A DNA stretch of 64,000 bases from Terriglobia bacterium (GCA_965218585.1 CBDCLE010000005.1:32001-96000), one strand, 5' to 3'; positions 1 to 9,338 are shown, numbered from the stretch's first letter. Numbers and translations: made by a program. Notes: generated from the letters alone by a model not told the origin.

Positions 1-422
1 TGAAACCCCGGATCATCATTCGCAAGGTACAGGTTATTGTTTACTGTAGAACGCCCGAGATCCAGATTCTTCTTCTTCAACGTCCACCGGACCGAGGTCA
101 CATTTGGCAGCCCGTTACTGGAAAAATGGAACCGGAGGATCGTCACGTCATGCATTCAGCCGGACGCGAACTCGAGGAGGAAACCGGCATCAGCGATGTA
201 CTTCACTTCATCGAGACCGGAGTGGAGTTTCACTTCAAGGACGGTGCGTCTGAATTTCGGGAGCATCTGGTTGGGGCTGAAGTCGAGCGATTCCATGCGG
301 TCACTCTGTCGAGTGAGCATGTCCGGTATGAATGGTTGACGCCGCTTGAAGCCTCTTCGCGCCTCAAGTGGGACACAAACCGTGAAGGGCTTCAGGTCGT
401 GATGTCGAGCATTAAGGATTAG
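1..422 (+). CDS. NUDIX hydrolase, NudB/dihydroneopterin triphosphate diphosphatase-like (5' end at the window edge)
   Basis: The frame of ORF 126..422 is open back to base 3: KPRIIIRKVQVIVYCRTPEIQILLLQRPPDRGHIWQPVTGKMEPED...RELEEETG (NUDIX box) and LSSEHVRYEW. WQPVTG resembles NudB WQSVTG. Confidence 0.8.
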   Translation, partial: KPRIIIRKVQVIVYCRTPEIQILLLQRPPDRGHIWQPVTGKMEPEDRHVMHSAGRELEEETGISDVLHFIETGVEFHFKDGASEFREHLVGAEVERFHAVTLSSEHVRYEWLTPLEASSRLKWDTNREGLQVVMSSIKD

Positions 423-489
423 AGACATCTGTCACAGTCTCTCAGTTTTGAAAGTACGCGTGAGGTTTGCTCTTCGCTATCCTCCCACA

Positions 490-680
490 CTGACGCCTTG
501 GCTGCGCCTCGTTGTCCATCCGCACGGGGGCCCGTGCGGATTCTCCTTGCACCCGCTTCAACCTTCCGGTGTCTTAAAAACGCCTCGCAATCATCCTGAT
601 TGCGAGGGTCGCCGGTCGTTCGGCCCACGCGTTTTTGACGCGCTAGCGTTGGTCAGCCGCGTGAACGACCGAGCGAAATC
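490..680 (+). repeat. Structured intergenic repeat family, copy 1 (long form)
   Basis: Hairpins CCGCACGG/CCGTGCGG (520-539) and CTCGCAATC/GATTGCGAG (584-606), then GGTCGTTC...GAACGACC-GAGCGAAATC. Homologous to 6299-6466 and 12752-12847. Confidence 0.85.
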
Positions 681-727
681 TTCTGCGACACAGGGCACTA
701 CTCCGGGGCTACCTGCTCGTGCCAGGC

Positions 728-1810
728 TTAATTCCTTGGGATCAAATGGACAATCGAGGCTTTAAATACTGCGGATACCGAAACTCCGGGCGCCAGATCG
801 AGGTCGGCGGCGGCCTGACGGGTCACCAGGGCGATGAGTTCGAAGCCGACGTCAAGGATGACCTTGGTCAGTGTTCCTTGAGGAACCATCTCTCGGACGT
901 GTCCGGCGAGATGATTTCTGGCACTGCTCTTCTGGGCGGTGCCCTGTTCGAGAGTGACGTCCTCCCCGCGGATCGAAACCCAGAAGGCCGTTTCGCCCTC
1001 ACCCGGGTCCATCGCCACCAGTTCGGTCGAGTCCACGCGAATCCGGGCCACCCCACCCCCGCGTTCGATGAGGTTCCCCTTCGCCACTGTCTCGACACCG
1101 ACCGCAGCAGCCACCTCTGTATCTCGAGGACGTGTCAGGACTTCCTGCGGAGTCCCCCGTTGCAGGAGCCGGCCCCGGCCCAGAACCATCATCTCATCTC
1201 CAAGCGTCAGCGCGTCCACCCAGTCATGGGTCACCACCAGGGCAGGTATCTCCAGATCGCGCAATAATTTGTGCAAATACGACCGGACACTCTCCCGCGT
1301 CGCTTCGTCCAACGCTGCAAACGGCTCATCCAACAAGAGAATCCGGGGATCGCGCACCAAGGCACGTGCCAACGCAACCCGCTGTTGTTGCCCTCGGGAA
1401 AGCTCGCCCGGTTTCCGCTTCCCGAACTCTTCCAAACCCAGACGAGAACATATTTCATCGATCTTACGGTTTCGCGCTTCGCGTGAAAGGGTTCCGAGGC
1501 CAAACCCGATGTTGTGGCGAACGCTCAAGTGGGGAAACAGAGCAAAATCCTGAAACAGGAAACCTATGGGCCGTTTCTGCGGGGGGATCCAGGTTCGACT
1601 TCCATGTCGGCTCCACAACTGGTCCCCGTACTGGATCTCGCCACCGGTCGGCCGCTCCAGGCCGGCCACACAACGGAGCAGTGTGGTCTTTCCAGCTCCA
1701 GAAGGACCGAAGACGATAGAGATTCGTGGGGGATCGGAAGGCAGTTCGAAATCCGCACGAATTGTCGTCCCGTCCGGATAGCGCTTATGAATGTTTGCTC
1801 GCAAGGTCAC
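728..1810 (-). CDS. modC: Molybdate ABC transporter ATP-binding protein
   Basis: Walker A GPSGAGKTT, LSRGQQQRVALARAL signature, LLLDEP Walker B, C-terminal TOBE domain (SSARNHLAGHV). In an operon with modAB. Confidence 0.93.
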   Translation of the reverse strand: MTLRANIHKRYPDGTTIRADFELPSDPPRISIVFGPSGAGKTTLLRCVAGLERPTGGEIQYGDQLWSRHGSRTWIPPQKRPIGFLFQDFALFPHLSVRHNIGFGLGTLSREARNRKIDEICSRLGLEEFGKRKPGELSRGQQQRVALARALVRDPRILLLDEPFAALDEATRESVRSYLHKLLRDLEIPALVVTHDWVDALTLGDEMMVLGRGRLLQRGTPQEVLTRPRDTEVAAAVGVETVAKGNLIERGGGVARIRVDSTELVAMDPGEGETAFWVSIRGEDVTLEQGTAQKSSARNHLAGHVREMVPQGTLTKVILDVGFELIALVTRQAAADLDLAPGVSVSAVFKASIVHLIPRN

Positions 1811-2493
1811 GGCGCACGCCCCGGTTCAGGCCATGCGTTCCAAATCGATCGGTTGACGGCGTAAACGGCTGCAAGAACGGCAAAGGAAAAGACCAGGAGG
1901 ATCAAAGCCGTCTGGTTTGCCGCTGAGTAATTGAACGCCTGAACTTCATCGTAGATATCGATGGAAACAGTTCGCGTGACGCCTTCGATGTTGCCACCCA
2001 CCATCAGGACCACGCCAAATTCCCCAATCGTGTGAGCAAAACTGAGCACGAAGCCGGTCACCAGACCACCCAGAGACTGCGGCACGATCACCCTTAAGAA
2101 CGTCCCAAAGCGCGAGACGCCCAACAGCCAGGATGCTTCCAACAGACGCCGGTCGACGGTCCGGAATGCGGATGCCATGGGCTGAACTGCAAACGGGAAG
2201 CTGAACAACATGGATCCCAGAACGAGACCTTCAAAGGTGAACGGAAGCGTGCCTCCGGTTAATCCTCGGTACCATTGGCCGAGCGGACTTCGCGGACCCG
2301 TAGCCACCAGGATGTAAAAACCCACGACCGTCGGCGGTAATACCAGAGGGAGCGCCACGAGGGCTTCGACGAGAAACTTCCATCTGCGTGTTGAATACGC
2401 GAGCCAATAGGCCGCCGGAACGCCGACAAAGAGGAGGATGACCGATGTTGCCCCTGCCAATCGCAGACTCGTTCCGAGCGCAGTCCAGTTCAT
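1807..2493 (-). CDS. modB: Molybdate ABC transporter permease
   Basis: LPLVLPPTVVGFY and FAHTIGEFGVVLMVGGNI are typical of ModB. Start taken at the ATG of MNWTAL (2493), just after the modA stop. Confidence 0.93.
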   Translation of the reverse strand: MNWTALGTSLRLAGATSVILLFVGVPAAYWLAYSTRRWKFLVEALVALPLVLPPTVVGFYILVATGPRSPLGQWYRGLTGGTLPFTFEGLVLGSMLFSFPFAVQPMASAFRTVDRRLLEASWLLGVSRFGTFLRVIVPQSLGGLVTGFVLSFAHTIGEFGVVLMVGGNIEGVTRTVSIDIYDEVQAFNYSAANQTALILLVFSFAVLAAVYAVNRSIWNAWPEPGRAP

Positions 2494-2497
2494 AGAT

Positions 2498-3301
2498 TCA
2501 ATCCGATGGCAGGGAGAAGCCGAAACGCCGGAGGGTCGCCTGGCCACGCTCCCCGAGGATTGCCGCTACAAAAGCCCGGGCGGCCTCAAGTCTTCCCGTT
2601 CTTCGCGCATGGGAGAGAATCACGCCTCCCTGGACGAGTTCCTGGTGTGCCTGGGCAGGAACAGGCCAGAAGCGTCCCGTTCGGCGCATCGGATCTGAGT
2701 AGGCCAGAGAGAGCGCAATGATGCCCATTTCCGCAGCGCCGGACTGTACGAACTGGGCGGCCTGACCCACGTTCTCTCCAAGGACAAGACGGCCCGAGAC
2801 CCGATCCCAAAGCTGGTAATACCTCAGCGCGTCCTCGGCAGCCCTTCCGTAGGGTGCGTGCCTGGGGTTGGGAATGGAGATTCGGCCCTCGTCTTCGACC
2901 AGCGCATCGACACCGAGAGAAACCACGTCCACTTCAGATTCGTTCCGAACCCAGAGCGCAAGCTGGCCGACGGCATAGGGAAACAAGGTGCCGGGTTCGG
3001 CGAGGCCGGCCCCGTCGAGCTGTTCCGGGTATGCGATGTCAGCCGACAGATAGACATCAAACGGGGCTCCGTTCTGGATCTGGGTGAAGAAATTGCCCGA
3101 GGAACCCAATGACAGGCGGACAGTGTGCCCGGTGCCGGCTTCGAAATCCTCAATGATTTCCCCTATTGCAAAGCCCATGTTCGAAGCCACGGCAACGACA
3201 ATGTCTTCGGCCCGTGCCCCGGAAGGGACTCCGAACTGAAGGTACAACAGCAGGGCGAACACCAGCCCCGCGCCGGGCGGTGTCTTTCGAGGGTCAATCA
3301 C
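2498..3301 (-). CDS. modA: Molybdate ABC transporter substrate-binding protein
   Basis: Signal peptide, VAVASNM, GSSGNFFTQIQNGAPFDVYLSAD, NPRHAPYGRAA and GENVGQAAQFV. Confidence 0.93.
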   Translation of the reverse strand: MIDPRKTPPGAGLVFALLLYLQFGVPSGARAEDIVVAVASNMGFAIGEIIEDFEAGTGHTVRLSLGSSGNFFTQIQNGAPFDVYLSADIAYPEQLDGAGLAEPGTLFPYAVGQLALWVRNESEVDVVSLGVDALVEDEGRISIPNPRHAPYGRAAEDALRYYQLWDRVSGRLVLGENVGQAAQFVQSGAAEMGIIALSLAYSDPMRRTGRFWPVPAQAHQELVQGGVILSHARRTGRLEAARAFVAAILGERGQATLRRFGFSLPSD

Positions 3302-3698
3302 GGATCACCATGACCTCGGTTGCCTTGATCAACGCGGCGGCGTGAACGCCCACGCGAAGCCGCATCTCTTCGGCAGCGGCCCGCGTGATGATCGATGTCA
3401 CTATCTGGCCACCCACATCAATACGCACCTGTGAGAGCAGACCCTCGTGTTTGACCTCAACCACACGTCCGTCGAGCTTGTTGCGACCGCTGATCGAAGG
3501 CCCCTGGCGCGCTTTCCTTCTTCCCGAACGCGGGCGCCTTCCCTCCCGGGAAATTCGGTTGATCTCCGAGCGCGGTATACGATGGTGCCCTCCCGGTGTT
3601 GTGATCGATCCGATGCGGTCTCGATAGATCCATTGTTTTAGCGTTGGATAGCTGATACCCAGTTCTTCTGCAGCCTCTCCTGGGCGGAGTAGTTCCAT
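3294..3698 (-). CDS. Molybdate-responsive regulator, excisionase-like HTH fused to a TOBE/Mop domain
   Basis: N-terminal LLRPGEAAEELGISYPTLKQWI...TPGGHHRI (HTH_17/MerR-like) and C-terminal ISGRNKLDGRV...SIITRAAAEEM...ALIKATEV (TOBE). First gene of the mod operon. Confidence 0.88.
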   Translation of the reverse strand: MELLRPGEAAEELGISYPTLKQWIYRDRIGSITTPGGHHRIPRSEINRISREGRRPRSGRRKARQGPSISGRNKLDGRVVEVKHEGLLSQVRIDVGGQIVTSIITRAAAEEMRLRVGVHAAALIKATEVMVIRD

Positions 3699-3701
3699 AC
3701 C

Positions 3702-3764
3702 GTGATAATACATTTTAATATGATTTAATACAGTTAAAATTAAAACCATATATACATTTATCAC
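3702..3764 (-). promoter_or_regulatory. AT-rich mod promoter/operator with ~10-bp phased direct repeats and flanking inverted repeat
   Basis: TAATACA (3706), TAATATG (3716) and TAATACA (3726) are exactly 10 bp apart. GTGATAA (3702) and TTATCAC (3758) form an inverted repeat. A -10-like TATTAT lies 6 nt before the ATG. Confidence 0.6.
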
Positions 3765-3952
3765 TGGTTTCGTAAGTGGCTGATCACCGGAAACATGTTT
3801 TCTATGGGGGTTCCAGCACTTCGGCCGCATAGTTTCTTCCTGAAATTGGCATCTGAGTTATCATTGAGCCCTTCTGGAATCAAAGGTATCGGTGCCGTCC
3901 CCGGTGCCGGCGATTTATTGGAAGAGCCGGGAGACGTCAGGCCGGATTGCGA

Positions 3953-4780
3953 ATGAAAGAAATCGACCACAGCACTGACTGGGAAACCGAGCGCACACAG
4001 CTTCAGGAGAAGATACGGGATCTGGAAGCCGCCTTGATCGAGGCGAAGGAAGTGGCGACCGGTGAAGCCACCGGAGATGTCGGGGCCGAGTATTCGGTAA
4101 AACTGCGTGAAGCCGAACAGGAACTCGAGGAGTCTTCAGCCAAATGGCGGCAGGAGCGCCGTCGTTTAAACGAAGAAATCGAAGAGCTGGAGGTCGCACT
4201 CCGGAAGTCGCGTACCGAGGGCCGGGCGGCCGATGTCCAGGAGGCCGAGGTGACGGCCCGGATCCGGGAAGTTGAGGCCAGCGCAGAACAACGCGTTCAG
4301 GAAGCTTCGGGGCAGTGGACGGCCGAGCGTGAGAGCTTGCAGCACAGTGTCGAAGACATGAAACAATCACTCGCCGAGCAGGAGTCCAAGATCGATCGGG
4401 CCGAACTCGATGCCATTCGGGAGGAACTGCTGACTCGAGTGGCGGAGACCGAAGACGAGAAAGGCCGGATCGAGGAAGAGTTGGCCGCGGCCAAGACCCG
4501 GTGGGAAGAAGAACGCGTCGCCTTTGAAACCCGAATAGAAGAAACCGACCAGGGAGTTCGCACCGAACGTGAAAACCTCGAAACCGAGTTGAGAGAAAAG
4601 TTGACGACGGAATATGAGTGGAAGCTGAAAGAACTCACCTTCCAGAAGGAGCAGCTGGAGCAGAAGCTTAGAGAGTCCGTTCCCGCCCAGCCCGCATCGG
4701 CCGACTCCGGTGATGCTCCGGCCCCATCTGATACTGTGGCAGAGAACGGTCGGAATGGGAAGCCTACCGCCGCGGCCTGA
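3953..4780 (+). CDS. Coiled-coil protein with four WxxERxx[LF] repeats, function unknown
   Basis: Long E/K/R/Q/A-rich heptad ORF with repeats DWETERTQLQEKI, KWRQERRRLNEEI, QWTAERESLQHSV and RWEEERVAFETRI. Confidence 0.7.
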   Translation: MKEIDHSTDWETERTQLQEKIRDLEAALIEAKEVATGEATGDVGAEYSVKLREAEQELEESSAKWRQERRRLNEEIEELEVALRKSRTEGRAADVQEAEVTARIREVEASAEQRVQEASGQWTAERESLQHSVEDMKQSLAEQESKIDRAELDAIREELLTRVAETEDEKGRIEEELAAAKTRWEEERVAFETRIEETDQGVRTERENLETELREKLTTEYEWKLKELTFQKEQLEQKLRESVPAQPASADSGDAPAPSDTVAENGRNGKPTAAA

Positions 4781-4833
4781 CGTACAACCCCGGCCAGGCC
4801 CCCGACGAATAAAGAGACAGCATCGGGTCGGGG

Positions 4834-6228
4834 CTAACGCCCCAGATCAAACGCATCATGTATGAGCCGCACGGCAGCAGGCGCGTCCCTTCCCCGAACG
4901 ACGAACGACAGATTAAGTTCCGAAGAACCCTGCGCGATCATGAGGATGTTCATTTCTGTTCCCCCGAGAACACCGAAGGCTCGAGCAGCAATTCCAGGAA
5001 TGGACTTCATTCCTTCCCCGACCAGGGCGATGATCGCGATATCTGAAACCTCTGCGACGCGATCGACCTGCCGCTTTTCGATTTCCGATTGAAACTCACG
5101 CCTGAGAGCTCGCACCGCACTTTCACCGTCACCCCTGCTGACCACCATGGATATGTGCTGTTCCGAGGATCCCTGAGAAAACATGAGCACGTTGACCTTT
5201 TGCCGGGCAATCGAGGCGAAAGCCCTTTGGGCCGTGCCCGGAACGCCGATCATGCCCCGCCCCTCGATCGACACCAACGTGACTCCCGTTATCGAGGCCA
5301 CGGTCTTCACGCCCTGGTGATTCTCGGGTGACTCTTCGGAAATGAGTGTGCCTGCGGCCCCGGGACTGAACGTGTTCTTGATCCGTATCGGTATGCCCAG
5401 GTCTGAGGCGGGCATGATCGTTTTCGGGTGCAGGACCTTGGCTCCGAAATAAGACATCTCGGCTGCCTCTTTGTACGAAAGCCGCGAGAGAAGCCGGGCG
5501 TCCGGCACGATGTCAGGATCAGCCGTCATCACGCCATCCACATCCGTCCAGATCTGGATCTCATCGGCCTCCAGAGAAAAACCCAGGACTGAAGCCGAGT
5601 AGTCCGATCCCCCGCGCCCCAGCGTCGTGGTGACGCCTTCAGGTGTGGCACAGATAAAGCCGGTCACAACCGGGACTACGCCTCGACCAACGATGTCGGC
5701 GAGGGGCCTGCACTTTTTCTTGGTCTGGTCAAAATCGACCAGTGCGAAGTCGGCTTCTTCTTTGGTCACGATCAGGCTGCGGGCGTCCAGGGGCTCGGCC
5801 CGAACCTCTTCCTGTCCAAGAAGTGTAGCAAATATGGGCACGACGAGCCGTTCACCGAAAGAGGCGATCAGATCTCTCGAGCGGGGGCTCAGTTCACGAA
5901 GTAGAAGGACGCCGGTAAACACTTTCTTCATCTCTTCCCACACCGGGTCCAGTCGAGAGTTCACCCTTTTCCTTGTTTCCTGGCTATCTATGAGATCGGA
6001 AAGCGCCTGCTCATGCGTGTCTCGTATCGAAGTTATGCTTTGATTGACTTCGTCAGTGAGGCCACCGACGGCCATGTCTCCGGTGTCGATCAGCCGGTCG
6101 GTGACGCCGCCCATAGCGGAAAGAATCACGACGGGCCGGGAGCCAACCGAATCTGAAACAACGGATGCGGCCGTCCGGATATTTTCAACCGAACCGAGGG
6201 AGGTGCCGCCGAACTCCATGACGATCAT
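4834..6228 (-). CDS. lysC: Aspartate kinase (kinase domain plus two ACT domains)
   Basis: xFGGTS, SAMGGVTD, TTLGRGGSDYSA, WTDVDGVMTADP, YFGAKVLHP and C-terminal ACT repeats (QGSSE). The usual KFGGTS reads EFGGTS here. Confidence 0.9.
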   Translation of the reverse strand: MIVMEFGGTSLGSVENIRTAASVVSDSVGSRPVVILSAMGGVTDRLIDTGDMAVGGLTDEVNQSITSIRDTHEQALSDLIDSQETRKRVNSRLDPVWEEMKKVFTGVLLLRELSPRSRDLIASFGERLVVPIFATLLGQEEVRAEPLDARSLIVTKEEADFALVDFDQTKKKCRPLADIVGRGVVPVVTGFICATPEGVTTTLGRGGSDYSASVLGFSLEADEIQIWTDVDGVMTADPDIVPDARLLSRLSYKEAAEMSYFGAKVLHPKTIMPASDLGIPIRIKNTFSPGAAGTLISEESPENHQGVKTVASITGVTLVSIEGRGMIGVPGTAQRAFASIARQKVNVLMFSQGSSEQHISMVVSRGDGESAVRALRREFQSEIEKRQVDRVAEVSDIAIIALVGEGMKSIPGIAARAFGVLGGTEMNILMIAQGSSELNLSFVVRGRDAPAAVRLIHDAFDLGR

Positions 6229-6298
6229 GGGATCAGACTAGCGCAGAAAGATGGCGTGTGGGAGTGAGATGTTGTCTATAGAACGAGTTGGCGGATGA

Positions 6299-6466
6299 CT
6301 GCCGCCTCGGCTCCGCCTCGTTGGCCTCCGCACCGCGGAACGGTGCGGGTCCTTTTGTGCCTATCCCTAACGCTGAGTTTCTTCCCAGAAGGGCTCGTAA
6401 TCAGGAAGATTACGAGCGTCGCCGTTCGTTCGGACAGGATGTCCGAATGAACGACCGAGCGAAATC
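6299..6466 (+). repeat. Structured intergenic repeat family, copy 2 (long form)
   Basis: Same modules and spacing as 490-680, with compensatory stem changes (CTCGTAATC/GATTACGAG; CCGCACCG/CGGTGCGG). Confidence 0.85.
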
Positions 6467-6506
6467 TTATCGACTAACCTTCAGCCTGCGACTACAAGAT
6501 TCTGCC

Positions 6507-9248
6507 CTAGGAACAGCCACTCGTCGATCCACAGTTCAGGCACTTATAACACGCACCACTGCGAACCATGAGTGAGCCGCAATCGAAACAGACCGGCGCG
6601 TCCTGATCCTCGATATCGACGAGTGCACCTTCTCGGGCAGGTCCACGGGCGGGTTCACTCTTTGGGGGCAGACCCGCTTTCGGCGAAGGGCCCAGTTTGA
6701 CGGCGGGCTCTTCCTCGACCTGGACGCCTACGGCGGCAGCTTCTTCCGTTGTCAGGAAGCGGGATGCCAGGTAGCGGAAAATGTAGTCCATGATTGACTT
6801 GGCATAAGGCACCTGCGGGTTGCTGGTGAAACCAGAGGGTTCAAAACGCGTATGGGTAAACTTGTCCACAAGCACCTGCAGCGGCACGCCGTACTGCAAC
6901 GCCATCGAGCAGGACGTAGCGAAGCTGTCCATCACTCCCGACAAGGTGGATCCTTCTTTAGCCATGACAATGAAGATCTCACCCGGTGAACCGTCTTCAT
7001 ACATACCCACGGTGATGTAGCCTTCATGACCCGCAACACCGAACTTGTGCGTGATGGCGTGACGTTCAGCTGCGAGATGACGGCGAACCGGCCGATTGCC
7101 CTGGCTCGGTTCCCGTGCATCGTTTTCTGCAGTCGACATGGGCTGCGTCCGCTTGGAAGCATCCCTGTATATCGCTACCGCCTTCAGGCCGAGTCGCCAG
7201 CCTTCCATGTAGGTTTCCGAGATTTCTTCTTCCGTAACAGAAGACGGCAGGTTGACAGTCTTCGAGATAGCCCCGGAAATAAATGGCTGAACCGCCCCCA
7301 TCATCTTGAGGTGACCCATGTAGTGGATCGAACGCTTCCCGTTGGTGGGCTTGAACGCACAGTCAAAGATGGGAAGATGCTCCTCGCTTAAGCTTGGGGC
7401 GCCTTCGATTGTTCCCTTATCATCGATGAACTCTACGATCTCCTTGACCTGGGGATCGTCATACCCCAGTCGCTCCAGCGCGAGGGATATGGTGTTATTG
7501 ACGATCTTGATCGTCCCACCCCCGACAAGCTTCTTGTATTTGACCAGCGCCAGATCCGGTTCCACTCCGGTCGTGTCGCAGTCCATCATGAATCCGATCG
7601 TGCCCGTCGGTGCCAGGACCGAAGCCTGCGCATTCCGATAGCCGGTCCGCTCGCCATGATCGACGGCGTCACACCAGACCTTCCAGGCCGACTCATACAA
7701 GCCACCGGGGATGTTGTTCCGATCGATTCCCTTCACCGAATCCCGATGCATCCGCATCACTTCAAGAAAGGGTTCCTGGTTGGTCATATATCCGGCGAAC
7801 GGTCCGATTTCACCGGCAATCTTTGATGAGGTCAGATACGCCTGCCCCGTCATGATCGCCGTTATAGCCCCAGCATAGTCGCGACCCTGATCACTGTCGT
7901 AGGGTATGCCCAACGACATGAGCAGTGCGCCGAGGTTGGCATATCCCAGACCCAGTGGCCGGTAGGCGTGAGAATTCTTTTCGATGTTCTCGGTCGGATA
8001 GCCTGCGTTGGATACGATGATTTCCTGAGCGATGATCGTGACGGCAACAGCCCACCGGAACGATTCGATATCGAAACCGCCGTCGGGAAGCCGGAATTTC
8101 ATGAGGTTCAGCGAAGCCAGGTTGCAGGCTGAGTCGTCCAGGAACATGTACTCCGAGCACGGGTTCGATGCATTGATCGGCGCTGTGTTCTTACATGTGT
8201 GCCAACGATTGATCGTCGTGTCGTACTGCATGCCCGGATCGCCGCAGATGTGAGCGGAGTCGGAGATCATCGCCATCAACTCGCGGGCCTGATACGTATT
8301 GACCGGCTCACCCGTGGTCACCGCATGTGTCGTCCACTTGCCGTCGTTGACGACGGCTTCCATGAACTTATCCGTGACGCGCACACTGTGATTCGCATTC
8401 TGAAAAAAGATCGAAGAATAAGCTTCCCCATCGATTCCGCCACCGTAACCGTTGTCGAGCAGTACCCAGGCCTTCTTTTCTTCGTTCGCTTTGCTGTTGA
8501 TGAATTCGACAACGTCGGGATGATCCACGTCCAGAATCACCATCTTTGCCGCCCGGCGTGTCTTGCCTCCCGATTTGATGACACCGGCGAAAGCGTCAAA
8601 GCCCTTCATAAAAGAGACAGGTCCCGAGGCGATGCCACCTCCTGAAAGTTGTTCGATCGAGGAACGGATTGGCGACAGGTTACTCCCGGCGCCTGAACCC
8701 CACTTAAACAACATCGCTTCGGTCTTTGCCAGGTTCAATATCGAACCCATGGTGTCTTCCACCGAATTAATGAAACACGCCGAACACTGGGGTTTTGCTT
8801 CGACACCGCAGTTGAACCACACGGGAGAGTTGAAGGCGACCATCTGATTGAGAAGCAGGTGGGAGAGTTCGTCATCAAAAATCTCGGCATCGGTTTCCGA
8901 AGCGAAATATCCGCCGGCCGAACCCCACTTCGTCATCGTTTTCGTCACTCGGGAAATCAGTTGCCTTACGCTTGTCTCTCGCCCAGGTGTCCCCTGGATG
9001 CCGTGAAAGTACTTTGACGCGACGATATTCGTTGCTGTCTGCGACCAATCCCTGGGAACTTCGACATCACGCTGTTCAAATACGACACCACCGGCTTCGC
9101 TCGCTATGGATGCGGTCCGACGATCCCATTCCACAGCGTCATAGGGTGATACATCGCCACTGGAAAAATAGCGTTCGAACTTGAGTCCCTTCCGGGTTGT
9201 CACATGTCCGTTCTCGTCCGCCATTGCTGCGAGTACCTCCTCCTTCAT
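6507..9248 (-). CDS. nrdJ: Adenosylcobalamin-dependent (class II) ribonucleotide reductase with C-terminal TSCPD-like and Zn-ribbon domains
   Basis: FNSPVWFN, QCSACF, KSGGKTRRAAKM, ASNPCSEY (catalytic NxCxE), APTGTI, GAISKTVN and C-terminal CFDC...CYKCLNCGSTSGCS. Confidence 0.95.
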   Translation of the reverse strand: MKEEVLAAMADENGHVTTRKGLKFERYFSSGDVSPYDAVEWDRRTASIASEAGGVVFEQRDVEVPRDWSQTATNIVASKYFHGIQGTPGRETSVRQLISRVTKTMTKWGSAGGYFASETDAEIFDDELSHLLLNQMVAFNSPVWFNCGVEAKPQCSACFINSVEDTMGSILNLAKTEAMLFKWGSGAGSNLSPIRSSIEQLSGGGIASGPVSFMKGFDAFAGVIKSGGKTRRAAKMVILDVDHPDVVEFINSKANEEKKAWVLLDNGYGGGIDGEAYSSIFFQNANHSVRVTDKFMEAVVNDGKWTTHAVTTGEPVNTYQARELMAMISDSAHICGDPGMQYDTTINRWHTCKNTAPINASNPCSEYMFLDDSACNLASLNLMKFRLPDGGFDIESFRWAVAVTIIAQEIIVSNAGYPTENIEKNSHAYRPLGLGYANLGALLMSLGIPYDSDQGRDYAGAITAIMTGQAYLTSSKIAGEIGPFAGYMTNQEPFLEVMRMHRDSVKGIDRNNIPGGLYESAWKVWCDAVDHGERTGYRNAQASVLAPTGTIGFMMDCDTTGVEPDLALVKYKKLVGGGTIKIVNNTISLALERLGYDDPQVKEIVEFIDDKGTIEGAPSLSEEHLPIFDCAFKPTNGKRSIHYMGHLKMMGAVQPFISGAISKTVNLPSSVTEEEISETYMEGWRLGLKAVAIYRDASKRTQPMSTAENDAREPSQGNRPVRRHLAAERHAITHKFGVAGHEGYITVGMYEDGSPGEIFIVMAKEGSTLSGVMDSFATSCSMALQYGVPLQVLVDKFTHTRFEPSGFTSNPQVPYAKSIMDYIFRYLASRFLTTEEAAAVGVQVEEEPAVKLGPSPKAGLPPKSEPARGPAREGALVDIEDQDAPVCFDCGSLMVRSGACYKCLNCGSTSGCS

Positions 9249-9338
9249 CGCCTGTCCCCCCCCGAGTTTGGATGTCGCCGGACCGGCCGACGCGACCCCA
9301 ACACTAGGTGCGGTTAGGGACAGATCAGGTCTACCTGG

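Noticed and set aside
6240-6500. Lysine or other riboswitch upstream of lysC (and a pan-motif RNA upstream of panB)
   Set aside because: The structured sequence belongs to the dispersed repeat family and occurs in both orientations. Both genes also look leaderless.
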